From positions 320,001 through 384,000 of the forward strand of contig CAVWFS010000019.1 in the NCBI GenBank assembly GCA_963754315.1: DNA of 64,000 bases, written 5' to 3'. This DNA is from an uncultured Candidatus Rokubacteria bacterium (lineage in GTDB: Bacteria > Methylomirabilota > Methylomirabilia > Rokubacteriales > CSP1-6). The position numbers and the translations under genes were made by a program. Below the pieces are notes generated by a model, which was given only the letters and a program-made list of their open reading frames with translations, did no database searches and was not told the DNA's origin. Each line of letters opens with the position of its first letter. The first letter of the stretch is position 1. This document shows positions 1-8,985 of this stretch, piece after piece.

Positions 1-159
1 GACGAGATCAGGACCATGATCGTGGGTGACGCCTCGACCCAGGACCTCCGCGCCTCCGCCAAGGCATGCGGCATGACGACGTTGCGCGAGGCAGGGATCG
101 CTCGCGTCCTCGAGGGCACGACCACGATCGACGAAATGCTGCGGGTGACACTCGTCTAG
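1..159 (+). CDS. pilB: Type IV pilus assembly ATPase PilB, C-terminal end (5'-truncated by window)
   Basis: Frame 1 reads DEIRTMIVGDASTQDLRASAKACGMTTLREAGIARVLEGTTTIDEMLRVTLV*, the typical PilB/GspE C-terminus; directly upstream of pilT-pilC. Confidence 0.85.
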   Translation, partial: DEIRTMIVGDASTQDLRASAKACGMTTLREAGIARVLEGTTTIDEMLRVTLV

Positions 160-163
160 GGCG

Positions 164-1243
164 GTGGACATCGGGCGCCTTCTCGAACTCATGGTGTCGA
201 AAGGCGCCTCCGACCTGCATATCGCCAGCGGCAGTCCCCCCCGATTCCGTGTCGACGGAGCCCTGACACCAGGATCCGGGTTGGCGACCTTGGGGCCCCT
301 CGAGACGCGACAGCTGGTCTACGGCCTCCTCCACGATGGGCAGCGGCGCCAGTTCGAAGAGAGGCACGAACTCGACTTTGCCTTCGGGATCGAGGCCCTG
401 GCTCGCTTCCGATGCAACGTCTATTGCGAGCGGGGCGCGGTGGCGGCCGCCATCCGCGTTCTTCCCTATCAGGTCCGCTCCATCGAGGACCTCGGCCTCC
501 CGTTGGTCGTCCAGCACCTGGCCCAACGGCCAAAGGGGCTAGTCCTCGTGACCGGACCGACCGGATCGGGCAAGTCGACGACATTGGCGGCCATCGTCGA
601 CTACGTCAATCGCGAGCGAGACGCTCACATCGTCACCCTCGAGGATCCCGTGGAGTTCGTCCATCCCCACAAGCGGAGCCTGGTCACGCAGCGAGAGATC
701 TCCGCGGACTCTCATTCCTTCCAGAATGCCTTGCGGGCCGTCCTTCGCCAGGACCCCGACGTCGTTCTCGTGGGAGAGATGCGAGATCTGGAGACCATCG
801 CCGCCGCGCTGAGTGTGGCCGAAGCTGGCCGCCTGACCCTGGGCACCGTACACACCAACTCATGCGCCCAAACCATTCACCGCATCGTCGACGTGTTCCC
901 CCCGGCCCAGCAGGATCAGATCCGGGCTCAGCTCGCCCTCGTGCTGGAGGGTGTTCTTTCGCAAGTGCTGGTTCCCAAAGTGGGCGGGGGGCGCGTCCTG
1001 GCGCTCGAGCTCCTGGTGGCCACGCCAGCCATCCGTAACCTGATCCGCGAGAATAAGGCGCATCAGATTTACTCGACCATGCAGGCGAGCGCCGCCATTG
1101 GGATGCAGACGATGAGCGCGACACTGGCCCGCTTCGTCAACCAGCGGACGATCACTCGCGAGGCTGCTCTCGCCCAGAGTACGCTCCCAGACGAGCTGGC
1201 CCGGATGATAGAACCTTCCCCGCCGCTGCTCCCGCGCGGATAG
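164..1243 (+). CDS. pilT: Type IV pilus retraction ATPase PilT
   Basis: GASDLH, Walker A GPTGSGKST, EDPVE Asp box, LRQDPDVVLVGEMRD, AIRNLIRE motif. Confidence 0.95.
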   Translation: MDIGRLLELMVSKGASDLHIASGSPPRFRVDGALTPGSGLATLGPLETRQLVYGLLHDGQRRQFEERHELDFAFGIEALARFRCNVYCERGAVAAAIRVLPYQVRSIEDLGLPLVVQHLAQRPKGLVLVTGPTGSGKSTTLAAIVDYVNRERDAHIVTLEDPVEFVHPHKRSLVTQREISADSHSFQNALRAVLRQDPDVVLVGEMRDLETIAAALSVAEAGRLTLGTVHTNSCAQTIHRIVDVFPPAQQDQIRAQLALVLEGVLSQVLVPKVGGGRVLALELLVATPAIRNLIRENKAHQIYSTMQASAAIGMQTMSATLARFVNQRTITREAALAQSTLPDELARMIEPSPPLLPRG

Positions 1244-1245
1244 CG

Positions 1246-2442
1246 GTGCCGGTCTTCCTGTATCGCGGCCACGGGGCCGGGGGCTTCGTCTCCGGTCAGA
1301 TCGAGGCTAGTGACAGACGCGCGGCGGCCGGGCTCCTGCGCGCCCGTGGCATCGCCGCCACCCGGATCGAAGAGGGGCGAGAACGGGGACGCGTCTGGGT
1401 GCGCACGCGGGTCACGGATCGTGACCTGGCCCTCTACACGCGCCAGCTGTCGACCATGATCAACGCGGGCCTGCCGATCGCGCACTGTCTCGGAATCCTA
1501 GCCGAACAAGGTGACTGCGTTCCTCTTCGTCGGGTCACCACGCGGGTCGCAGCCGATGTGGCGGGAGGGCTGACCCTGGCCGACGCCCTTCGCCAGCATC
1601 CGCGCGTGTTCGGGGAGCTCTTCACAAACATGGTGAGCGTTGGCGAAGCAGCCGGCGCGCTCGAGACCGTCCTCGCGCGGCTGTCCACCTACCTCGAAAA
1701 GTCGGCCTTCCTCAGGCGAAGGGTCAAGGGCGCCATGATCTATCCGCTCACCATCGTCAGCGTAGCCGCCTTGGTCGTCATGTTCATGATGACCTTCGTC
1801 ATCCCGACCTTCGCCCAGATGTTCACCCACTTTGGCGCTGACCTGCCCCGGCCAACCCGGGTCGTGATCACCCTGTCGGAAGTGGCGCGGGCCCACGGCG
1901 TGTGGCTGACGGCCGCTGGTCTTGGGGTTATGGCGGCCGTGCGGCGCCTGTCGCGCACAGACCGGGGTCGTCTCCTCGTTGATCGATTGTCCCTGAAGAT
2001 TCCGGGGATAGCTCCTCTCATTCGCAAAGTCGCCATCGCCCGGGTGACCCGAACACTTGGAACCCTCATCGCGTGCGGCGTGCCCATCCTGGACGGGCTG
2101 CGGATCACCGCTCGCACGGCAGGAAATCGGATTATCGAGAACACTGTCATGCAGACGCGAAGCGCGCTGGCGGCCGGCCGGACGCTTACGGAACCTCTGC
2201 GCGGCCGGGTTGGCCTGCCCGCCATGGTGGTCCAGATGGTCAACGTCGGCGAGCAGACCGGTTCCATGGAACAGATGCTGACGAAGATCGCCGACTTCTA
2301 CGACGATGAGGTTGAGACGGCCGTGGCAAGCCTCACCACGCTGTTGGAGCCGGTCATCATGATCTTCCTTGGCGTGGTTATCGGGAGTCTGGTGGTCGCC
2401 ATGTATTTACCCATCTTCCGGCTCGTGACCGTCATCAGGTAA
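1246..2442 (+). CDS. pilC: Type IV pilus platform protein PilC (T2SS F family)
   Basis: RQLSTMINAGLP, VGEQTGSMEQML, LLEPVIM..AMYLPIF; GTG start. Confidence 0.95.
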   Translation: MPVFLYRGHGAGGFVSGQIEASDRRAAAGLLRARGIAATRIEEGRERGRVWVRTRVTDRDLALYTRQLSTMINAGLPIAHCLGILAEQGDCVPLRRVTTRVAADVAGGLTLADALRQHPRVFGELFTNMVSVGEAAGALETVLARLSTYLEKSAFLRRRVKGAMIYPLTIVSVAALVVMFMMTFVIPTFAQMFTHFGADLPRPTRVVITLSEVARAHGVWLTAAGLGVMAAVRRLSRTDRGRLLVDRLSLKIPGIAPLIRKVAIARVTRTLGTLIACGVPILDGLRITARTAGNRIIENTVMQTRSALAAGRTLTEPLRGRVGLPAMVVQMVNVGEQTGSMEQMLTKIADFYDDEVETAVASLTTLLEPVIMIFLGVVIGSLVVAMYLPIFRLVTVIR

Positions 2443-2503
2443 CACGGTTCCGGCACGCCTCCTGCACCTTCGGCGGACTCGACTCTCTGTAGGAGGGGCT
2501 CGC

Positions 2504-2956
2504 ATGATGCCGATCGGGACAAGGCGGCCGAGGCTCGCCGGCAACGGGTTCACGCTTGTCGAGTTGATCATCGTGGTGGCAATCATCGGCATTCTCGCCG
2601 CCATTGCCATCCCGATCTATACGAACCTCCAGGCACGGGCGCGCATCGCGAAAGCGCAGGCCGACGTCCGTACGGTCGGTTCCGCCATCAGCATCTATGC
2701 GGCGCACACCGGCGCGATTCCCACCGCGGCCGACCTCGCCACTGCGTTGACGACAGCCACGACTGTCGGCGGGGTCACAGCGGGGCCGTTCATCGGTGTC
2801 CTTCCTACACCTCCCAGTGGTGGCGGATGGCCGGCGGCGTACACATACTCGCCTGACACGGCGCCGGGCGGAGCCGCCCTGGTAGGCTCGTTCGTCTACT
2901 GCGCCGCGGGTGACGGCACCTTCGCCAACAGCAGCGGCGCGCTCAGCTGCCCATGA
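2504..2956 (+). CDS. pilA: Type IVa major pilin
   Basis: Class III signal G|FTLVELIIVVAIIGILAAIAIP; C-terminal Cys pair; AGGAGG RBS. Confidence 0.85.
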   Translation: MMPIGTRRPRLAGNGFTLVELIIVVAIIGILAAIAIPIYTNLQARARIAKAQADVRTVGSAISIYAAHTGAIPTAADLATALTTATTVGGVTAGPFIGVLPTPPSGGGWPAAYTYSPDTAPGGAALVGSFVYCAAGDGTFANSSGALSCP

Positions 2957-3062
2957 CCTCGCCGAACGCCACGCATGGCCCAGAACATCGCGCTATGATT
3001 TCTCCAGTCATGCCGAACCACGTCCGGTTCCGCGCGCTGCCCTCGGTGATTGGCGGTTGCGC

Positions 3063-3827
3063 GTGCCGTCTCGAGGCCCCGCCCTGACCTCCACCTTTAT
3101 CGCGATCTTCGGACTGATCATCGGCAGCTTTCTGAATGTCGTGATCGCTCGCCTCCCGGAGGGGCGTTCACTTCTCGGCCGGTCTGCCTGCCCCGAGTGC
3201 CGCGAACAGATTCGCGCCTGTGACAACATCCCGCTCGTCTCGTTTGCCCTGTTGGGCGGGCGGTGCCGGCGTTGCCGGCAGCCGATCTCGTGGCGTTATC
3301 CCCTGGTCGAGGTCGCCACCGCAGCCGCCATGGTGGCGGTCTACGCGCGTTTCGGGCTGACCCCGCCTTTCGGCGCGGCCGGAGCGCTGATGGCGGCTCT
3401 CATCGCGGTCACGGTGATCGACCTCGAGCACCAGGTGATTCCGCGTCTGATCACCCTGCCCGGTATCGCGGTTGGCCTCATCGTCTCTCCCCTCACGGGC
3501 CTGACCCAAGGCCGAGACGCCATCATCGGAGGGCTCGTGTGCGGTGGAGTCCTTCTGGGTGTCGTCCTGGCCACAGCCTGGATGAGTCCGGTGGGCGGCA
3601 TGGGCTACGGAGATCCGATGCTGAGCGCCATGCTAGGGGCCTTTCTCGGCTGGCGACTCGGCCTCTTCGCGCTCCTGGTGGCTGTCATGGCCGGGGGCCT
3701 CGTGGGAGCCGTTCTCCTTCTATCCGGGCGAAAAGGGCGGAAGGATCCCATTCCGTTCGGCCCCTTTCTCGCCCTCGGAGGAGCAACCAGCCTCCTCCTC
3801 GATCCCCCGTCCGTTCTCGGGCTGTAG
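3063..3827 (+). CDS. pilD: Prepilin peptidase PilD (start uncertain; GTG 3063 chosen)
   Basis: GSFLNVVIARLP, CPEC/CRRC zinc motifs, IDLEH and GMGYGD aspartate motifs, IPFGPFLALG. Confidence 0.9.
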   Translation: MPSRGPALTSTFIAIFGLIIGSFLNVVIARLPEGRSLLGRSACPECREQIRACDNIPLVSFALLGGRCRRCRQPISWRYPLVEVATAAAMVAVYARFGLTPPFGAAGALMAALIAVTVIDLEHQVIPRLITLPGIAVGLIVSPLTGLTQGRDAIIGGLVCGGVLLGVVLATAWMSPVGGMGYGDPMLSAMLGAFLGWRLGLFALLVAVMAGGLVGAVLLLSGRKGRKDPIPFGPFLALGGATSLLLDPPSVLGL

Positions 3828-3941
3828 ATCTCCTGGGCACTGCGCCCAAAGGTCTGGGCAGTCCCGTGTGACCCGAATTTCAACCGCCGGGCTGGCGTCG
3901 TGTCACCACGGGAACGCCTCTTGCTGTTTCGCCTCTTGGCC

Positions 3942-4457
3942 ATGACGACTCGACCGACACGACCGCGACCCAAGGACGCCGACGGCGCCGGGCTGGCTGA
4001 AGTATTGATCACGGCCGCCATCGTGGCCGTCGTCACCGCGGCCAGTGTCCCGACCTTCTCCGCGTATCTCTGGAGCAGTAGCCTGCGGGCGGGGGCAGAG
4101 GAGTTCGCGACTTTGGTGAATCTCGCGCGCTCCCTGGCCATCAGGGAAAACGCGCATGCGTGTGTGAATCTTGACTCTACCGGATCGAACCGCGTGCGCA
4201 TCCTGGTCGCGACCAGCAATCCCTGTCGGGAGGCGGCCAAGGTCTACGGACGGCGCGGGATGGGGTTCGATTCCCGCGTCGACGCCGATGGCTGGATCGC
4301 TTTACAGAATGGCGTCGCTGTGGCCACCGCCAACGCGGAAGTCGTGTTCACCTCGATCGGGGCCGCGGCGCCCGGCGGCACCTACACGATTTCGAAGAAC
4401 GGCCGTGCCCTCCATGTCGTGGTAGCACCGTCCGGACGGGTGAGCGTGACGCCATGA
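3942..4457 (+). CDS. Minor pilin, FimT/FimU/GspH-like
   Basis: Atypical class III signal G|AGLAEVLITAAIVAVV, LARSLAIREN, C-terminal VVVAPSGRV. Confidence 0.75.
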   Translation: MTTRPTRPRPKDADGAGLAEVLITAAIVAVVTAASVPTFSAYLWSSSLRAGAEEFATLVNLARSLAIRENAHACVNLDSTGSNRVRILVATSNPCREAAKVYGRRGMGFDSRVDADGWIALQNGVAVATANAEVVFTSIGAAAPGGTYTISKNGRALHVVVAPSGRVSVTP

Positions 4458-4933
4458 TCCGTCCGGAGAAGGGCTTCACCTTGGCCGAGGTCCTGGTGGC
4501 CGCCGCAATCGTCACCATCGGCCTCGCCGGTGTCACTGCCATGCTGCAGCTCGCAGTTGCCAGCAGTCGCGATGGCCGGCAGCGGTCGGCGGCAATCTTC
4601 CTGGCTGACGAGCGCGCGGAACAGGTCCGCGGTGCTACCTGGGATGCAGGCGGCGATTGTCTGGGCGTGTCCTCCTCGGTCGCCTTACCTCCGGTGACAT
4701 CCACGTGTCACGAGGCAGGCGCCGACCACGTGCCGTTTCCTGACGACCGGGCGGGGACATTGCGCGCTCCCTTCGAGGAGTTCACACGGACCGTTCGTGT
4801 CCAGCCGTGCGCGAGCCTCGAGACGTGCCCGGTCGCCAGCCACGATCTCCGCCTCATCACCATCACCATTGGCCATGGCCCCGCTGAACTTCCGATCCTC
4901 ACCTTACGCGCGCTCGTCGCCAGGAGACTCTAG
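4454..4933 (+). CDS. Minor pilin, PilV-like
   Basis: G|FTLAEVLVAAAIVTIGL, AIFLADERAEQVR; ATGA overlap with upstream gene. Confidence 0.75.
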   Translation: MIRPEKGFTLAEVLVAAAIVTIGLAGVTAMLQLAVASSRDGRQRSAAIFLADERAEQVRGATWDAGGDCLGVSSSVALPPVTSTCHEAGADHVPFPDDRAGTLRAPFEEFTRTVRVQPCASLETCPVASHDLRLITITIGHGPAELPILTLRALVARRL

Positions 4934-4935
4934 GC

Positions 4936-6231
4936 ATGTCCCGGGACTCCGGTGTTGCGATCCCACTCGCCATGGTCATCCTGTTGATCGTCGTCTCGCT
5001 GACTCTGGCGCTGGGCGCCATGACCATGACCGAGCCGGTGATTTCCAACAACCTCCTGCTCGCGACTCAGGCTCGCGTCGCCGCCGAGTCCGGCGTCGAG
5101 GCCGCGGTTGCCGCGCTCTCGAACACCCAGGTCCTGCCCACGAGTTTCGCCACCACCGTCACGTCGGCCGCGTTCGTACCGTTCCCCGGGACGCGCGCCG
5201 GGTACCGGGTGGCGTCCACCGTTGACACCGGATGGACGGTCTTCGAGAAAGCGAACCAGCGTCGCCTCACGGTGGTGGGCACCGCCGCCGGCCGAGACGC
5301 CTCCGGACCCGAGGCGTCCCCCAACCGCGCCCTCAAGACCGTGGAGGCCGTCGTCCGCCGTGACTCGCTGCTGAACACGCTCCTGCTCCCGGCCGCCATG
5401 TCGTCGTCAGCCGGAGGAACCATCAAGGCCGAGATCGATGCTCGGCGAAACACGAGTCACGGCTTCGACACGTGGTGCCTTCGGCACGGATCGGCGGTGG
5501 CGCCCGTGGCTGGTGTCGTCGCTGACGGCGTCGAAGACGTGGTGAGCACAGCGGCGGTGTGGGGACCTGGCAACGACGTGCCGAATGAAGAGGGTATCGA
5601 CATTCGCCATCGGCGCGCATCGCCGCCGCCCGATTTCCTCCTCGGCAATCAGGCATTCAACGAGCACGAGCTCGCCGCCCTCAAGGAGCTCGCCATCTCG
5701 ACCGGCACATTCCTTCGTGGCCGGCCCGTGAGCTTTGATAGCCGCTCGCCTCTGCCGGGCGCCCACTCGGTGCTCTATGTCGAAGGCGATATCGAGATTG
5801 AGGCCTACGGCTCTGACACGACGTGGACGGGCTGGATTGTCGCGGTGGGACCCCAAGGCGTCGGCAGCGGAGGGCGCATCACTTTTCGGTGCTTCGCCGG
5901 CTGCGCACCCTCACCGCAGAGGCTCACGATCAATGGCCTTCTCTACGCCGAGGATCGCCTCGAGGTCAGCTCGGCCCCTGCGAGTCGCCGCGTGACCGTC
6001 AACGGAGCCGTGATTACCCGAAATCTTGCCGGGGTGGGGGACACGATCGTGCCGCAGGCGGCCGCCGACTTCCGCGTCAATTTCCGATGCCAGGGCGACG
6101 GAAACACCCAGCGGGGGGTCCGCGACGCGATCACGGGGACCGAGGCGACCATCGGCGCCTTGGATCCCAACGGGCGCTCCGGGTGGTACGTGAAGCCCGG
6201 GAACGTCCGGGAGATCGCCGGCCAGCCCTAG
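4936..6231 (+). CDS. Minor pilin, PilX-like with long C-terminal domain
   Basis: G|VAIPLAMVILL lacking Glu5, QARVAAESGVEAA typical of the PilX N-terminus. Confidence 0.75.
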   Translation: MSRDSGVAIPLAMVILLIVVSLTLALGAMTMTEPVISNNLLLATQARVAAESGVEAAVAALSNTQVLPTSFATTVTSAAFVPFPGTRAGYRVASTVDTGWTVFEKANQRRLTVVGTAAGRDASGPEASPNRALKTVEAVVRRDSLLNTLLLPAAMSSSAGGTIKAEIDARRNTSHGFDTWCLRHGSAVAPVAGVVADGVEDVVSTAAVWGPGNDVPNEEGIDIRHRRASPPPDFLLGNQAFNEHELAALKELAISTGTFLRGRPVSFDSRSPLPGAHSVLYVEGDIEIEAYGSDTTWTGWIVAVGPQGVGSGGRITFRCFAGCAPSPQRLTINGLLYAEDRLEVSSAPASRRVTVNGAVITRNLAGVGDTIVPQAAADFRVNFRCQGDGNTQRGVRDAITGTEATIGALDPNGRSGWYVKPGNVREIAGQP

Positions 6232-6239
6232 ACGTGTCC

Positions 6240-7298
6240 ATGCACGTCCGCTTCGCGTCCAGACTGCGATCTCGCCGCACAGGACAAGCCTTCGGGCTCG
6301 ACATCGGCGCGAGCAGCGTCAAGGTTCTCGAGCTGCACCGCGGCGCCACCTACGCAGTGGCCAGGTGCGCGGTGACGCCGGTCCCGACAGGCGCGGTGGT
6401 GGAAGGGTCCATTCACGAACCCGCAGCGGTCACTGAGGCCATCAGGCAGGCCGTGAGCGTGGCCGGAATCAAACGCACCGAGGCGGTCATTGGCCTGTGC
6501 GGGCGAGGGCTTATCGTCAAGAAGGTGCAGATTCCCGAGGTACCGCCGAGGGACCTTCCGGACGCCGTTCGTATCGAGGCCGAGCAGGAGATTCCCTTCC
6601 CCATCGATGAGGTTGCCCTCGCCTTTTACGTCATCGGCCAGCAGAATCGCCTGCTCGACCTGGCGCTCGTTGCCGTGCGGAGATCCAAAGTGATGGAATA
6701 CCGCACAGTCGTCACCGACGCTGGCCTCGACCCCGTCGTGGTCGATGTGGACGGCCTTGCTCTCGGCAACCAACTGGAGCTCTACGGACGGCCCGGAGTG
6801 AGCGCCGTCGTCGACATAGGCGCCACCATGACCAAGGTGAGTGTGGTCAGGGACGGACTTGCGCAGCTTGTGCGAGACCTCCCTTCCGGAGGGCATGCGT
6901 GCACCACGGCGATCGCCGCCCGCCTCGGCGCTTCGACCGACACGGCGGAAGCGATCAAGATCAATCCCGGGCACGCCCTCGACGCGGTGGCACAGGCGTG
7001 TGAAGCGATGGCTCATACCCTTGGCCTGGAGATCCAGCGCACCCTCGACTACTTTGCGGCAAGCGGACCGAGCCCCGAGCGCGTCATCGGAATCGTGCTG
7101 GCAGGTGGCGGCGCCAAATTGGTCGGTTTGCCGGAGCAGTTGGCATCGATGTTGGGCCTTCCCGTCGAAGTGGCCCGTCCCGCTGCTGGGCTTGCCGTCG
7201 ATCCGGCGTGCGCCGCCACGGTCGCGGAAGCAGGTCCCGCGCTCGCGTTGGTCCTGGGCCTCAGCCTTCGCCGCCCAGGCGACGGGACGCCCCGGTGA
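6240..7298 (+). CDS. pilM: Type IV pilus alignment protein PilM
   Basis: FGLDIGASSVKVLEL, VVDIGATMT, EIQRTLDYF, LAGGGAKL actin-like motifs; ATG 6240 inside a longer ORF. Confidence 0.92.
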   Translation: MHVRFASRLRSRRTGQAFGLDIGASSVKVLELHRGATYAVARCAVTPVPTGAVVEGSIHEPAAVTEAIRQAVSVAGIKRTEAVIGLCGRGLIVKKVQIPEVPPRDLPDAVRIEAEQEIPFPIDEVALAFYVIGQQNRLLDLALVAVRRSKVMEYRTVVTDAGLDPVVVDVDGLALGNQLELYGRPGVSAVVDIGATMTKVSVVRDGLAQLVRDLPSGGHACTTAIAARLGASTDTAEAIKINPGHALDAVAQACEAMAHTLGLEIQRTLDYFAASGPSPERVIGIVLAGGGAKLVGLPEQLASMLGLPVEVARPAAGLAVDPACAATVAEAGPALALVLGLSLRRPGDGTPR

Positions 7299-7834
7299 TC
7301 AGAATCAACCTGGCACCGCCCACCGAGCGCCCACGGAGAAGCGCCCGGCGACTGGGAATTGCGATCGGCCTGGCCGCCGTTATCCTCCTGGCTGTCATTT
7401 TCGGATGGGCGCGCGCGCTCGCGCAGGAAGAGAAGCGCCTGGCCGAGAGTGTTGCCGGCAGGGCTCGTGAGCTGACCACCCTGAGGGAGCTGCTCGGGAA
7501 CGCGAACCGCCTGCGCGACGATTTTGCCGACCTGACGAAGCGCATCCACACCATCCAGGCTCTGATGCTCCGTCGGGGTACGACGCTGCATATCCTGGAT
7601 GCGCTGCTGGACTCCATCCCGCACGATCTATGGATCACGACACTCGAGGGCCGCGGGCGCGAGCTACGAGCTCTGGGGGCCGCCCGGTCGGCCGCAGCCG
7701 TGACCGATCTGATGTCCAGCCTGCGCGCTTCCGGGAGGTTCGTCGACGTGGACATCGTGGTGGCGCGGCAGGAGCTCGGGGAGGTTCTGGACGCGCCTCT
7801 GCTCTTCGAGATCACGTGTCGGTTCGGAGGTTGA
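7295..7834 (+). CDS. pilN: PilN
   Basis: MIRINL N-terminus, single TM helix, coiled coil, IPHDLWITTL; GTGA overlap with pilM. Confidence 0.88.
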   Translation: MIRINLAPPTERPRRSARRLGIAIGLAAVILLAVIFGWARALAQEEKRLAESVAGRARELTTLRELLGNANRLRDDFADLTKRIHTIQALMLRRGTTLHILDALLDSIPHDLWITTLEGRGRELRALGAARSAAAVTDLMSSLRASGRFVDVDIVVARQELGEVLDAPLLFEITCRFGG

Positions 7835-7835
7835 G

Positions 7836-8468
7836 GTGAACGCGATCCTCTCGACATGGCGTGAAGTCTCTCCTTTGCAACGGCTCGGCGTGGCCGGACT
7901 GGGCCTCATCATGATGAGCGTGAGCGGTTACGTCTTCGTCCTCTCGCCGGCTCACGCCCGCAAGGCTGCTCTGGAGGCTCGACTCGCGGCGTTGCAACGG
8001 GATCTCGACGAGGCGTCCGCGCAGGTCGGCGAGCTCGCACGGTATCGACAAGAGAAGGTCGAGTACGAGAAGCGGTTGGGGGTGATGGCCGAGAGGCTCT
8101 CCCCAACCCGTGCGATTCCTCCGCTCTATCAGACCCTGCAGGAGGTGGCGGTCCAGACGGGCCTCGCGCTGGCGCTCTTCCGGCCGCGCGAGCCCAGGGT
8201 CGAGAATTACTATACGGAGATCCCGATCGCGGTGACCGCCCAGGGCACGTACCATCGGCTCGGGCGGTTTCTCGCGCGAATCGCGGATCTGCCGCGCATC
8301 GTTCTGATCGAAGAGCTCCGGATCACCGCCATCGAACACCACCAGGTGTCTCTTCGCGCCGACATGATCCTGACCGCGTACATCTACCGGCCGGGCGGCG
8401 CCCGAGAGCCCGCTCGACCAGACGCGTCGGCGGACAGCTCGAAAAGGGGAACGGCGCCGTCTAAATGA
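7836..8468 (+). CDS. pilO: PilO
   Basis: TM helix plus coiled coil, YYTEIPI..GTYHRLGRFL..LPRIV. Confidence 0.9.
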   Translation: MNAILSTWREVSPLQRLGVAGLGLIMMSVSGYVFVLSPAHARKAALEARLAALQRDLDEASAQVGELARYRQEKVEYEKRLGVMAERLSPTRAIPPLYQTLQEVAVQTGLALALFRPREPRVENYYTEIPIAVTAQGTYHRLGRFLARIADLPRIVLIEELRITAIEHHQVSLRADMILTAYIYRPGGAREPARPDASADSSKRGTAPSK

Positions 8469-8959
8469 TCACGCTCGCCATCCGGCTCATTGTCCTCTCG
8501 ATCGCGCACGCGGCTTGCTCCGGAACGCCTAGCCCCACCCCCACCCCGTCGTATTCGGCGGCGACCATCGCGACCAGACCGTCGGCGATCGCCGACCCGG
8601 CATCGTCTGCGCCAGGGCCGCCCACCTCCACGTCACCCGAATCGCACTTGCCGCTCCCTCCCGACTACACGCCGCGGGGTCGCCGCGACCCGTTCACGCC
8701 GATCAGGGCCGCCGAAGAGCCGACGCGGGACCGCTCGATCCTGACGTCCGCCAAGCTAACGGGCATCGTTCGAGGCTCGGAGGGGGCGTTGGCCTTGGTG
8801 GAGACGATCGACGGGACGGGGTTCATCCTGCGTGCCGGCGAGGGCTTCGGGGAGGGGCGCCTCCTGGACATCGGTGAGGACTTCGCACTGTTCGACGTAA
8901 GGTCGCCGGCGGCGTCGACACCAAGGCGCATCGTGCTTCGCCTGGAGCCGCGATCCTGA
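8465..8959 (+). CDS. pilP: PilP lipoprotein
   Basis: Lipobox-like AAC, Pro/Ser-rich linker, RRDPF motif, KLTGIV..ALVE. Confidence 0.85.
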   Translation: MITLAIRLIVLSIAHAACSGTPSPTPTPSYSAATIATRPSAIADPASSAPGPPTSTSPESHLPLPPDYTPRGRRDPFTPIRAAEEPTRDRSILTSAKLTGIVRGSEGALALVETIDGTGFILRAGEGFGEGRLLDIGEDFALFDVRSPAASTPRRIVLRLEPRS

Positions 8960-8985
8960 CCCCCAGGACGCGGGGTTCGTGTCTC

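Noticed and set aside
5823..6239. N-terminal extensions of PilM and similar ORF-track overhangs (rpoA, infA, hydantoinase B, second CNNM, DUF790)
   Set aside because: They overlap upstream genes in another frame; family similarity begins at the internal starts reported
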